IMG/VR virus record: IMGVR_UViG_3300009709_000022
Span: 1-64,000 of that record
Direction: 5' to 3' (one strand)
Origin: a virus
Length of the DNA stretch: 64,000 nucleotides
Positions 14,075 to 24,207 of the stretch are shown here, piece after piece. Position numbers and translations under genes: made by a program. How positions within the stretch are numbered: the stretch's first letter is position 1; each line of letters starts with the position of its first letter. The notes under the pieces are model-generated. The model saw only the letters and a list, made by a program, of their open reading frames with translations. It did no database searches and was not told the origin of the DNA.

Positions 14075-15205
14075 ATGATTACCTGCGAATCAACCCTCAT
14101 CAGTGGCTATGAATACAACGATCAGAACTGGGTGTTGAGCCTCAAGTTTCGTGGCACAGGCGAAGTCCGCCACTACCAGGATGTCTCGCCCGAGATATTC
14201 GATGACCTCAAGCGTGTTGACGCCGATCCGAACGGTTCGGTTGGGCGATTCTGCAACGCGAACATCTTCAAGAAGTTCAACGTGCTCACGGATAGCAGCA
14301 TTCCGATTGAAGCATATGAGCAGCCAGTAGAAGAGCCAAAGCGCCCCGCTACTCTTGTAGAGTTGCGCCAGCAGCTTGCACAGCCGGACCCCTCTCCTGA
14401 GCCTCAGCTTGGCGATGTGATGCCGCCAGAGCAGGCCGCGGATCTCGCGCCAACGTCGAAGAAGATGGATGCGGTAGACAAGCTCGCCGCGCGCGTGCAG
14501 GAGATGCTGGCAAAGCCGTTGCCAGAGATTAAAGACCAGGCATCGTACGAACTGGTCCAGACGCATGTAAACGATTTGAAGCGCGAGTCCAAGGTGTTTG
14601 TGGACTTGGTTGATCCCTTCGTGAAGATCGCGCACAAGGCGTACAAAGAGCAGTTTGACAAGAAGGCGGCAGTTGAAAAGCCGGTTAAGGAAGTTATCGA
14701 TCGCCTGAATCGGTTGCTGAACAACTTCGAGGCGGAGCGTGAGCGTATTGCTCGTGAAGCAGCGGAAGCGGCTCGCCGGCAGGCCGAAGAGGAAGAGGAA
14801 GCAGAACGTCGTCGCAGGAGCGAAGAGCTTACTTTGGCTGCGGTGGATGACAAGCTGGCGGATGGTGACCAAGAGGGTGCGGAGATGTTGTTCACGACGC
14901 CCATTGAGGCTCCCCGCATGCCTGTGTACACACCTCGTGTTGAGCCAGGTTTTCAGTCGGTTGCCGGCACCTCTAAGAGGCCAAGTTGGTCTGGCACGGT
15001 CACGGACATTGAAGAACTAATCCTCGACGTTGCTGAGGGCATCAAGCTCAAGCGTGAGGGTAAGGATCCTGGTGGTCACGCTCCGTCAACGTTCCTCGCG
15101 CCGGCGCAGACGGCAATCAATGCTCAGGCGAAGGCGTCACGCGACACGAAGGTCTTTCCAGGAATTCGTTTTGAAAACAACCCGATCCGCTCCAGTCGCA
15201 GTTAG
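14075..15205 (+). CDS. KTSC-domain plus coiled-coil protein
   Basis: N-terminal STLI..Y.Y....L.LKF......Y.DV...SVGRF. Confidence 0.75.
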   Translation: MITCESTLISGYEYNDQNWVLSLKFRGTGEVRHYQDVSPEIFDDLKRVDADPNGSVGRFCNANIFKKFNVLTDSSIPIEAYEQPVEEPKRPATLVELRQQLAQPDPSPEPQLGDVMPPEQAADLAPTSKKMDAVDKLAARVQEMLAKPLPEIKDQASYELVQTHVNDLKRESKVFVDLVDPFVKIAHKAYKEQFDKKAAVEKPVKEVIDRLNRLLNNFEAERERIAREAAEAARRQAEEEEEAERRRRSEELTLAAVDDKLADGDQEGAEMLFTTPIEAPRMPVYTPRVEPGFQSVAGTSKRPSWSGTVTDIEELILDVAEGIKLKREGKDPGGHAPSTFLAPAQTAINAQAKASRDTKVFPGIRFENNPIRSSRS

Positions 15206-15298
15206 TCTGAAACGAGACTTACCACGGACACTTGGTCTCGCGAAGCTCATTCCGTATGGCAAGTAGTCAAATATCACCGATAAGAGGAGCACTCTCCA

Positions 15299-15673
15299 AT
15301 GCGTACTGCATTCACCACCGTTGTCGCCATTGCTATGGCATGCTGCATTCCTTCAGCCCGTTCGCAGGCGGCACCACCACCGCAGCCACCAGCTCCTGCA
15401 GCCACGGTTATCACACCGGCTCATGCTGAAGGAATTGCTTATCTCAAGCTCCAGTTGACCATCGAAAAGGTACGCAACCAAGGTGCCCAGATTCAATCCA
15501 TATCCCAATCCGCTCAGGCGCAGATTGGGCCGCTGCAGCAACAGGCACAGCAGCTCATGATTGAGGCGGGGAAACTTGCTGCAGATGTGAAGAAGGAAGA
15601 GAAGTGGGGCGACGACGTTCGGTGGAATGATCAGACTGGACAGTTCGAGCGAACGGCCCAGCCGAAGAAGTAG
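15299..15673 (+). CDS. Secreted hypothetical protein
   Basis: Signal peptide, coiled coil, RBS GAGGAG. Confidence 0.65.
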   Translation: MRTAFTTVVAIAMACCIPSARSQAAPPPQPPAPAATVITPAHAEGIAYLKLQLTIEKVRNQGAQIQSISQSAQAQIGPLQQQAQQLMIEAGKLAADVKKEEKWGDDVRWNDQTGQFERTAQPKK

Positions 15674-15750
15674 CTTTTTAAGCGCAGCGTAATCTGCGCG
15701 CAGCTCTCGGAAGTAAAGGGCGACTGAGGGCTGCGCGGAGGTTACACGTT

Positions 15751-15987
15751 ATGGCTGTACGATCTATCGAATTTAAACCGAGCAGCAACATCGAATCCAT
15801 TGGTTACGACGAAGAAAACATGTCTTTGATCGTCACATTTAAGAGCGGAACAGCGTACAGCTACAGCAAGGTTCCAAGCCTCGTTGCAGACGGGTTTTCG
15901 CAGGCTGATTCGGCCGGTCAGTACCTCAATCAGAACATCAAGAACCAGTACGATTACACCCCGCTGGGCGCACCAAAAACGGAGTAG
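15751..15987 (+). CDS. KTSC-domain protein
   Basis: SSNIESIGYD...L.VTFKSG..Y.Y..VP...SAGQYLNQNIK. Confidence 0.92.
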   Translation: MAVRSIEFKPSSNIESIGYDEENMSLIVTFKSGTAYSYSKVPSLVADGFSQADSAGQYLNQNIKNQYDYTPLGAPKTE

Positions 15988-15990
15988 GTT

Positions 15991-17364
15991 TTGGATCAGA
16001 GCAGCGAACCGGACTACATCCAAACCATGGAACAGGATGGACCTCCTGCGTCAATACACACGGAGAAGGTCATCCTGGGTGCCATGTTGTCGGACCCAAT
16101 CGCGGTGGTAGAAGCGACAGCAATGGTGTCCACGGAAGACTTCTATCTGGACTCGCATAGGCGCATCTACGATGCCATGATGGAGCTTTCAGAGGTTGGC
16201 CATTCAGTCGACTTCATTACTGTTTCCGAAGAGTTGACGAAGCGCAAGGAGCTTAGCCAAATTGGCGGCAGACCCTACCTCATCTCTTTAACTGAAGACC
16301 TTCCGCGTCATCTTGCCATCGGGAATTACGTTCGCACGCTCAAGCGTAAGAGCATGCGGCGGCAGATCATCGCCGCATGCGAAATCGCCATGCACCGAGC
16401 CCTGGATGAGTCCGTCGACGAAAGCGAGTCTTTGGCGGTTCTTGAAGGAGCGGTGCTGGACATCGCAGACAATACCGAGGACCGCGACTTCGAATCGTTT
16501 GTGGAAATACTGGACGGATCCGGTGGTGTAGATGCTTACGTGGAAAAAACGGTTGATCCGGAGCGTGCGATGGGTCTCCAAACCGGCATGGTCGAAATAG
16601 ACCAAATGACGTACGGGCTGCGTGGATCCGAACTCATCATCGTCGCGGCACGTCCGTCGATGGGCAAGACCGCGTGGGCAATGTCTCTGGTTTTGAATGC
16701 ATGCCGCTCGGGAGATATGGTCGCGGCCGTGTTCTCTTTGGAGATGAGTAAGGAGGCGCTGTTTCACCGGCTGCTTGCTGCCGAATCAAGGGTAAACATT
16801 CGGCGCGCATCTGGCGGCGAGTTTGTTGACGCAGATTCTCGCGCTAGACTACGGCGCGGTGCTACGAACCTCGGTGCTTTCAAGATTCATATTGATGACA
16901 CGAGCCAGATGACGGTGTTGAAGATGCGGTCGAAGTGTCGCAGGCTGAAGCAGCGCGAAGGAAGGCTGGACATCATCGTGATTGATTACCTGCAGCTCAT
17001 GCAAGGCGGAAAGAAGCGGTATTCAAACCGCCAAGAAGAGGTCGCGGAGATTAGTCGCGGACTGAAGGCTGTGGCGAAGGACTTTAACGTGCCCGTGGTG
17101 GCCCTGGCGCAGCTTAGTCGACTCTCTGAGTCACACGCCGACAAGCGACCCTTACTGTCGTCGCTTCGTGAGTCTGGTCAAATCGAGCAGGATGGCGACC
17201 TTATCGCGTTCATCCACCGGGAAGAGTATTACGACCCATCAAATACAGAGGTGCGTGGTTTGGCAGAATTCATCATCGCAAAGCAACGCGACGGCCCAAC
17301 CGGTACTGTTCACCTAGCCTACCTTTCTGATTTCACGAAGTTCGAGAATTTGTCGCGCATGTAA
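15991..17364 (+). CDS. dnaB: Replicative DNA helicase
   Basis: AARPSMGKT, FSLEM, IDYLQL, LRESGQIEQD, IIAKQRDGPTG. Confidence 0.97.
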   Translation: MDQSSEPDYIQTMEQDGPPASIHTEKVILGAMLSDPIAVVEATAMVSTEDFYLDSHRRIYDAMMELSEVGHSVDFITVSEELTKRKELSQIGGRPYLISLTEDLPRHLAIGNYVRTLKRKSMRRQIIAACEIAMHRALDESVDESESLAVLEGAVLDIADNTEDRDFESFVEILDGSGGVDAYVEKTVDPERAMGLQTGMVEIDQMTYGLRGSELIIVAARPSMGKTAWAMSLVLNACRSGDMVAAVFSLEMSKEALFHRLLAAESRVNIRRASGGEFVDADSRARLRRGATNLGAFKIHIDDTSQMTVLKMRSKCRRLKQREGRLDIIVIDYLQLMQGGKKRYSNRQEEVAEISRGLKAVAKDFNVPVVALAQLSRLSESHADKRPLLSSLRESGQIEQDGDLIAFIHREEYYDPSNTEVRGLAEFIIAKQRDGPTGTVHLAYLSDFTKFENLSRM

Positions 17365-17420
17365 CTCTTGCGCGGCTGATGCTTGCACAACTACTATCAC
17401 CCACAAGGAGAACCATCACC

Positions 17421-17951
17421 ATGAATGTGAAGCAGTTTTTGAGCACACTCACCAAGCCCATTGAATATGTGTGGGACAAGATCAAGGGCATTGAGCATCG
17501 TTTCGAAAATGTCATCCAGGACGAAAGGGCAATCACTCCGGAGTTCCTGGCGTCTGCAAAGCAGATGATCGCTGTGGGCGAAGAAGCGTTCCAGAAGGTC
17601 ACGTTGGCGGCGGCGCAGCGCGGCGAAAACTGGACGGAAGACCTTGCAGCCAAGGCTGCGGTGGAAGCGTTCCTGCCGGCCTTTAAGGACTTCAGTGTCG
17701 AAGTGAGCAAGGCGTTCGAGATACTGGAAGTTGATCTGGAAGGCCAGAAGTCTACCGCAGCAGCAACTCCCGCTGTCGAGACGGAGTCCGACCATGCGAC
17801 CACGACGGCTGCCGCAGAACAGGTGCAGCAGGCCAATCAGGAAGAGAATCAGGAAGAGCAGCGCGAAGACAATGCTGACGCTACCCTGAAGGCTGCTGAA
17901 AACGAAGCGGCGGCGCCAGCAAACAACGAAGAAAAGCACGACGCAGCATAA
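17421..17951 (+). CDS. Hypothetical protein with acidic tail
   Basis: RBS AAGGAG; followed by hairpin 17970-17999. Confidence 0.7.
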   Translation: MNVKQFLSTLTKPIEYVWDKIKGIEHRFENVIQDERAITPEFLASAKQMIAVGEEAFQKVTLAAAQRGENWTEDLAAKAAVEAFLPAFKDFSVEVSKAFEILEVDLEGQKSTAAATPAVETESDHATTTAAAEQVQQANQEENQEEQREDNADATLKAAENEAAAPANNEEKHDAA

Positions 17952-18024
17952 GCAATGAACGCAGCATCCAATCCGCCGCCATGGTATCGGCGGCGGATTG
18001 TTATTCTCAAGCGAGGACGAGACT

Positions 18025-18702
18025 ATGGGAAGCACAACGCTCTTTGGTAGTGAAGAAGAACCTGCGTGGCCGCTTGTGGCGGTCGAATCAATTTACAAGG
18101 TGTATCCGCGCAAGACGGGTAAGCCGAAAGCCCTGGAGTCCATTCGGAAGTCTCTCGATCGCATCGCCGGCGGAGAAGTCGACGGGACGACACGATCGGT
18201 AGAGCAGTCTGTTACCTACCTGAGAGACCGCACCGCGGCTTTTGCTCAGGCCGTCAGCACGCGGCCGCCAAAGTCGATACCGCACCCAACCACGTTCTAC
18301 AATCAGTCGCGCTATATCCGCCGTGAGAACCTTCCTCTCCCAAAAGAGCTTGCTACCTGCAAGGCCATCTTGTGCGAGTACCCTGGCATTCACGTCGACG
18401 ACACCAACGTAGACGCATTCGGTGACATGCTCCGCCTGATAGAGCAAGAGGTTGAATTCCTGCGTCCCACGCATGGCCCGATGGCAGGGAAGTTCCTTCA
18501 GTGGCGAGTGCAGACATTTGCGAGCTGCGTGAGCATATGGCCGGAATCAGAGGTTCGATTTATCCCGAACGCCAAGACGTTCTTCTCCGAAAGGCGGTAC
18601 ATGCAAGATGAACGATTCTGGTCTCGTACAGAGCAACTCTCGGGGTATGAAGCGGATCGGGCCCAAGCCGGGCGAATCCATCGCCCAGTGGGCAACGCTT
18701 AA
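18025..18702 (+). CDS. Replication-initiator C-terminal-like protein
   Basis: YPRK.GK..A and IPHPTTFYNQSRY motifs, the latter repeated as IPNAKTFFSERRY. Confidence 0.6.
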   Translation: MGSTTLFGSEEEPAWPLVAVESIYKVYPRKTGKPKALESIRKSLDRIAGGEVDGTTRSVEQSVTYLRDRTAAFAQAVSTRPPKSIPHPTTFYNQSRYIRRENLPLPKELATCKAILCEYPGIHVDDTNVDAFGDMLRLIEQEVEFLRPTHGPMAGKFLQWRVQTFASCVSIWPESEVRFIPNAKTFFSERRYMQDERFWSRTEQLSGYEADRAQAGRIHRPVGNA

Positions 18703-19183
18703 CTATCAGGTCATGGTCCGGGAGATGATTCCTGGACCGCAGATGTCAGACCAGGCGCGCGCGATCTTCGAGGGAAAGCTGGCTGGCATAGCTGGCGAGA
18801 TTGGTCCGGAGCGCTTCATCGCATTGTTGGATCTCGTCGTGGATACCTGTGACCGCCGTCCCACCATTGCAACGCTGCGCGAGTTGGCGGGAATCCCACG
18901 CCCGAAGCCTCGGCCGCAATATGTCTCGGCATGGAATGTTGTGACACTGGTGGTGCGCAGGCACCTTCGCCTAGATACCGAGAGTGGAACGATGGTGGTG
19001 GTTCCGTATGCGCGCATGAACGCGGGGGTGTTCGTGGAAGAGCCAGCTCCAGAAATAACCGCGTCAATACAACGCGCAGTTGACGGACTCGGTGGATGGT
19101 CAAACCTCTCCAGTAGTTATCCAGAATACTGGTCGGCAAAACTGAACATGTTCAAAGATCTATACGAGGGCGAGCAAGCATGA
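18608..19183 (+). CDS. Putative helicase loader-like protein (start uncertain)
   Basis: CDRRPTIATLR, AV..LGGW motifs; position after initiator-like gene. Confidence 0.45.
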   Translation: MNDSGLVQSNSRGMKRIGPKPGESIAQWATLNYQVMVREMIPGPQMSDQARAIFEGKLAGIAGEIGPERFIALLDLVVDTCDRRPTIATLRELAGIPRPKPRPQYVSAWNVVTLVVRRHLRLDTESGTMVVVPYARMNAGVFVEEPAPEITASIQRAVDGLGGWSNLSSSYPEYWSAKLNMFKDLYEGEQA

Positions 19184-19992
19184 GCGAAGTAGGCATGCAG
19201 GTCCACGGTCGAATGGTAGAACCAGAAATCATCAGTCCTGGGCAGGATGAAGAGTTCGAGCAATTGCAGGTCGCCGCTAGGGGATACAAGACCAGCTTGA
19301 TGACGATGGCTTATTACGGGTTCCGCATCAGGCTTTCTGAGAAATTTCGCGATTACGGGTTCGAGTCAGAAGACCAGATGCGCGAGTTTCTTGATGTCCC
19401 ACGCAGCACTTGGTACAAGGCTGTCCGAATCGGGGAAGCTCTCAACCAGCTTCCGCTGAAAGACCTTCAGGCCATCTCGGTTGGAAACGCTGAACTGCTC
19501 ATCCAGGTACAGCCGTCCTTGTGGCACGACTACCCATGGGTTCAAGAGGCTAAGACGCTCAAGCCAGCGCAACTGGCAATTCGCGTGGCAGAACGCAACA
19601 AGCGCAGCGGCATTGATGTAACGCCAATGACGTACGTGCGATGGAAGGTTCCTTTTCTGGCGAAAACCGCGATCGAGAATATGGTGAACAGTTTCCAACA
19701 GCGTCACAATCTGAGCAGTCCAGGGCAGGCGCTGGAGTTTATTGTTGCTGATCAGTACGATATGCCGAACCTATTGGCCCACCTCAATGTGATCCGGACG
19801 TTATTGACGCAAACAATTCACTCCCTACATGCCCGGCGCGTGTCAGCCGCGGAAGAGTTGGTATGGCTGAAACAGGCAAGGGAGCGTCTGAACGAAATGA
19901 TTCGCCCGCTATATTCGAAAGAACTGGAGGAATGGGATGCGCAGTATAGCCAAGAGGCCGCCGAAGAGGAAGCCCCAACCCCAAGCGTTTAA
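19180..19992 (+). CDS. Hypothetical protein
   Basis: ATGA coupling, 270 aa. Confidence 0.7.
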   Translation: MSEVGMQVHGRMVEPEIISPGQDEEFEQLQVAARGYKTSLMTMAYYGFRIRLSEKFRDYGFESEDQMREFLDVPRSTWYKAVRIGEALNQLPLKDLQAISVGNAELLIQVQPSLWHDYPWVQEAKTLKPAQLAIRVAERNKRSGIDVTPMTYVRWKVPFLAKTAIENMVNSFQQRHNLSSPGQALEFIVADQYDMPNLLAHLNVIRTLLTQTIHSLHARRVSAAEELVWLKQARERLNEMIRPLYSKELEEWDAQYSQEAAEEEAPTPSV

Positions 19993-20242
19993 GTCGAAAG
20001 TGGACGGCAGAGAGGTGTGTCTAAGCAGTCCTGCTGGAAGGCTCGAAAAGAAAAAACGCCTTGCGGAGTGCTGGAAAAGACAAAATGGGCTGTGTCTAAT
20101 ATGCTCAACCCCGGTTGCGCTTGCCGACGGAGTTTTGCAGCGCTCGGGTGAGGAGCGCAATGATTCCATTTACGATTCGGAAGGCCGCCCGGTTGGCGGC
20201 ATTGTTCACCCTAAGTGCAATCGTAGCGTTTGCGTGGACTGA
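19937..20242 (+). CDS. Degenerate HNH-like protein, paralog of 33715-34062
   Basis: DGREVC..AG...W.RQNG.C..C...H..CN shared. Confidence 0.6.
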   Translation: MRSIAKRPPKRKPQPQAFKSKVDGREVCLSSPAGRLEKKKRLAECWKRQNGLCLICSTPVALADGVLQRSGEERNDSIYDSEGRPVGGIVHPKCNRSVCVD

Positions 20243-23200
20243 ATCTGCGCAGGGGCAGGGCGCGTTCATCAACGGGCAGATCATCAATCCCACAAACGGA
20301 CGACCCTCGGCGTACGCGAAAATTCGAGTTTGCACTCAAGCCGCAAGTGGTAATCCATGCTCCCCGCTTGCGTCGATCTATTCCGACGCTGCGATGACGC
20401 AGCAAATTCCAAACCCCTACACCGCTGACCAGTACGGCAACTACAACTTCGCAGTCGCGCAGGGATACAACCTGGTGCAGGTGTTTCCGATGCCTGGAGT
20501 CACCTACAGCTATATGGTATCCACCGCGAACGGGCAGGCCACACTTCCATCCGGCGTGTCTTTTCTGGGGAGCAACAGCAGTGGCCAAGCGGTACCAGCC
20601 CCATACACCCCACTTCCTCAATCAGGTGGTTATCTCACCGGACCACTTTACACAGCGGGTCCTCCGACAACGGATGCGCAGGTGGTAAACCGCGGCTATT
20701 TAGCCTCTGCTACGGTTGCCGCCGCTAATACACTCACATCCGTCCCCGGCAGCAACTGCAATGTGCAGTACAAAAATTCGAGCGGCACGCTGGCTGGCGA
20801 CGCAGGAACCTGCACGGATGGTGCAGGCAATGTTTTGTTGACAAGCCTCAAAGGCAAGTACGTCAGCTCGCTTGCGATGGGCAAGCAATTACGCTCAACG
20901 TCCTCGGCTACTGATGGGTGTGCGATCGGTTTTGCTGCTGGAACCGTCACGTGCATCACGGAGCCAGGGTACTCCAACGACGCAGGCATCACGGTTACTT
21001 CGGGTTCTCCGACAGCCCATACCGTAGACAACAGCTACGCCGGAGTCGCCGAGGTCGTGCAAAACACCCAACTATATGGCGTTACCGCACAGGCGAACTG
21101 GGGCCGCCGGTTCCTCTACTACGGCAACGACAAGATGGCGCAGCGCGGAACCGGCGACCACTCCGACCGCCCAATCGGGACATTTGAGGTGTACAACCTG
21201 TCGAATCGTGGGCGCAATGAAAACAGTGGTCCATTCGGCCAGTGGGCGGTAGCTGCAGCGCGGAACACTAGCCTGCAGAGCAACGGCGTCGGCATCCGGC
21301 AGTTGGACACGACGAACCAGTTCCATTACGGATACGGCGACGGGATGTGGCACTACGGATACATCACGTATGCGGGTAGCAGTCCCGACGCCTCTGGTGA
21401 AGGCCAGCGCGGCATGGCCCAGCACGTGACGGAACAGTTTGGGGACTTCCAAGGCAAGATCGCCACGGTGGTCAGCCAGACTGCTGTGAGGACGACAGCC
21501 ACGACCGGGACGGGGACGTACGCTGTAGGCCGATTCCTTGTGGATAAGCAGACTGCACAGTACACAGGTAACATCACGGCCGCCAGCACCGATGGAACCA
21601 GTCAGTTGATGATGGTGACTACGGATGCGACCTTTACCCCATCCCCGTGGATAGGCATTGGGACCACGACCGTCGCGGCGGCTGCCAATCTGGACTCCCC
21701 CGCCCTCTCCACGGTTACCCTAGCGACCTCATATGGAACGAGTTCCTCTGGTCTGGCGAACGGTGACCACATGTGCGTATCGGCCAGCGGCTCGGCCAGC
21801 ACGGTGAGTGGCGAAGAGGTGATCGTCTCCTCGCTATCCGTGGCAGGCACCGCAGTCACCTTTAGCGCCCCGTTCCGTCACGGCAAGAATGGCACTACGA
21901 TTGCCTTCAAGGGGAACTGCATGGCGCTGGACGCTACCGGGCTGCACGAGACAAACAGCTCCGGGTGGATGAATGCCCTGATGGTGCTCGGCTTTACGGA
22001 CTCTCACACCATGGCAGTGGGTCAGTGGTTCTTGGGTAGCACCTCGCCCATATACACCAGCCTTTTGGGCAACCTTAGCCACTCGTGCCCGGCGAACTTC
22101 TCGCAGTCGGGTACCACCGTCACTGCGGCGGTCACCGGTGGCTTCACCTGCATGCAGTACTTCTCCAACAACTCGTCAATCAAGGTGGTGGGGACGACAG
22201 ACTTCGACACCCTGCTGACTGGCGTGGCACCGAGCTACACGGGGCTTGTGGGGAGCAACATCCTAACATGGGCGGTGGCGACATCGGCCACCATCTCGGC
22301 TGAGGCGGGGACGATTAGCACGACCAACACATCCTCCGCGTTCACGATCTGGCCGATGGCAGTGATCTACAACGTGTGCGACCCGGGAACTACCATACCC
22401 GCGTCATTCAGCGCTGGGAACCCGTGTCTCAACGGCTACATGGAACTCGAAACCAACAGCGTGCCATGGGCGGTCAACGACCCTGTGGAAGTACCCCACG
22501 GCAACGCAATGCGGACGAACGGCATCTTCCTCAACCTCGCACAGTACACACCATCGAATACGGCCTACATGAGCGGCATTCAGGTACAGGCCGCTGGTGA
22601 GGGTTGGGGTAACGGTGCGCCCATGCTCGACCTAGCCGCTACCGACAACAACTATCTCGGTGGTGGCGGGCGGTACGCGCAGCCGCCGAACGGCATCCGG
22701 TATCGCGGCCCCAACAGCTCCACGCTGTTGACCTCCGCCCCCTCAATACCCTCGGGTGGTGGGGCTGCAGTGATCAGCGTTAGCTGTGCCCAACCGGGGG
22801 GAGCCACCACCGCACAGTCTTGCCCGAAGACCTCGGAATACTTCTTCGGTTTATTCCAAGGCGTAACGGGCACCTTTGGCATCACCGCTGACCCGTCCAC
22901 TCTAACGATCGGGCTATACTCGCCGAACGGGGCGTTCAAGGCCAATGCGCCGTTCCAGTTCTGGAACACCACGTCCGCTATCGGAGCTGCCCGCCTGCCA
23001 AAACCGGGTAACCTCTTCTTCGACACCACCAGCAGTCACCTCTACGCTCTGGACAGCGCACTCGCGGGACACCAGTTGGCGTGGAAGGACGAAGTTTGTC
23101 TTACAGCCGGGTGCAACGCTACGTCAGTGAACGGTGCAGCGGTTCCTTCCTCAGCCTCTTTTCTGGCCTCCAATTCCAGCAGCCAGCTCATCGCCACGTC

Positions 23201-24182
23201 ACTGCCCATTGGAAGCTCTTCTGTCACCGGTATCGTTAGAGTTGATGGCACCACAATTACGGCTACAGGGGGGATCATTTCCTCTGTTCCGTCGACGAAT
23301 GCCACGACGGTCAACTCCGCGGCTCTTCCGCTCTCGGCCGCCTATGTGGGCACCAACTCTGCGCGTCAGATCGTCGCGGCGGCAACTCCTATGCAGCCCG
23401 GAAACAATCTCAGTGACGTGGCAAATGTCACCACTGCACGAAGCAACTTGGGATTGCTGTCGATGGCTACACAAGCCTCCAGTGCAGTTTCAATCTCTGG
23501 CGGTTTAGGCGCATTCACCACAGGGTTAACCTTGGGTGGCGTGCAAGTCTGCCTTCAAAACGGTACAAACTGCCCCGCCGCTGGAAGCCCCTCTTTCTCT
23601 GCTTTAACGAGTGGAACGAATACCTCAGCAGCCATGGTAGTGGGGTCTGGAGCAACACTATCCAGCTCTGGCAGTGGGGCTATATTCGCAACGTCTCTTT
23701 CGGGCGGAGTGTACGGTTCACTCCCCTACCAAAGTGCGGCTGGAGTTACCTCGTTCTTAGCAGCGGGAGCGACTGGATACGTTCTCACCATGGACCCCAG
23801 CGGGGTTCCGGTATGGGCGGCCTCTGGATACGGGCCACCACAATGCACCAGTGGTGCCCCCCCTTGTTACCAGGTAACTCCAGGCGGAGTGATTGAAGCT
23901 TGGGGCGTGGCGAACGTACCATTCTCCAGCAGCACCACCGGGTCAGTGGCCGTATCTTTTCCGAACGTCGGAACAGGTACGCCGTTTACGCAGACTCCAG
24001 TGATTGAGGTTTCGGCTGGGGGCCAGCCCAATGGGGGATCAGATGCGCTCACCACTTATTTCTTCAGTCCAAGCACCACCGGATTTACAGGAGTGATGCG
24101 TTGCGCGACAAATATCGGAGGATCTGGATGCAACCCCTTCACGGGCACAGTTCCATTACATTGGCGCGCACGCGGCTTCTAG
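20160..24182 (+). CDS. Large tail-fibre/receptor-binding-like protein
   Basis: S/T/G-rich; LPQSGGYLTGPL, NNLSDVAN...ARSNLGL, C-terminal PGGVIEAWG fibre motifs; signal-like N terminus. Confidence 0.75.
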   Translation: MIPFTIRKAARLAALFTLSAIVAFAWTESAQGQGAFINGQIINPTNGRPSAYAKIRVCTQAASGNPCSPLASIYSDAAMTQQIPNPYTADQYGNYNFAVAQGYNLVQVFPMPGVTYSYMVSTANGQATLPSGVSFLGSNSSGQAVPAPYTPLPQSGGYLTGPLYTAGPPTTDAQVVNRGYLASATVAAANTLTSVPGSNCNVQYKNSSGTLAGDAGTCTDGAGNVLLTSLKGKYVSSLAMGKQLRSTSSATDGCAIGFAAGTVTCITEPGYSNDAGITVTSGSPTAHTVDNSYAGVAEVVQNTQLYGVTAQANWGRRFLYYGNDKMAQRGTGDHSDRPIGTFEVYNLSNRGRNENSGPFGQWAVAAARNTSLQSNGVGIRQLDTTNQFHYGYGDGMWHYGYITYAGSSPDASGEGQRGMAQHVTEQFGDFQGKIATVVSQTAVRTTATTGTGTYAVGRFLVDKQTAQYTGNITAASTDGTSQLMMVTTDATFTPSPWIGIGTTTVAAAANLDSPALSTVTLATSYGTSSSGLANGDHMCVSASGSASTVSGEEVIVSSLSVAGTAVTFSAPFRHGKNGTTIAFKGNCMALDATGLHETNSSGWMNALMVLGFTDSHTMAVGQWFLGSTSPIYTSLLGNLSHSCPANFSQSGTTVTAAVTGGFTCMQYFSNNSSIKVVGTTDFDTLLTGVAPSYTGLVGSNILTWAVATSATISAEAGTISTTNTSSAFTIWPMAVIYNVCDPGTTIPASFSAGNPCLNGYMELETNSVPWAVNDPVEVPHGNAMRTNGIFLNLAQYTPSNTAYMSGIQVQAAGEGWGNGAPMLDLAATDNNYLGGGGRYAQPPNGIRYRGPNSSTLLTSAPSIPSGGGAAVISVSCAQPGGATTAQSCPKTSEYFFGLFQGVTGTFGITADPSTLTIGLYSPNGAFKANAPFQFWNTTSAIGAARLPKPGNLFFDTTSSHLYALDSALAGHQLAWKDEVCLTAGCNATSVNGAAVPSSASFLASNSSSQLIATSLPIGSSSVTGIVRVDGTTITATGGIISSVPSTNATTVNSAALPLSAAYVGTNSARQIVAAATPMQPGNNLSDVANVTTARSNLGLLSMATQASSAVSISGGLGAFTTGLTLGGVQVCLQNGTNCPAAGSPSFSALTSGTNTSAAMVVGSGATLSSSGSGAIFATSLSGGVYGSLPYQSAAGVTSFLAAGATGYVLTMDPSGVPVWAASGYGPPQCTSGAPPCYQVTPGGVIEAWGVANVPFSSSTTGSVAVSFPNVGTGTPFTQTPVIEVSAGGQPNGGSDALTTYFFSPSTTGFTGVMRCATNIGGSGCNPFTGTVPLHWRARGF

Positions 24183-24207
24183 CCGATTCAGTATTTGAAG
24201 GAGCCTT

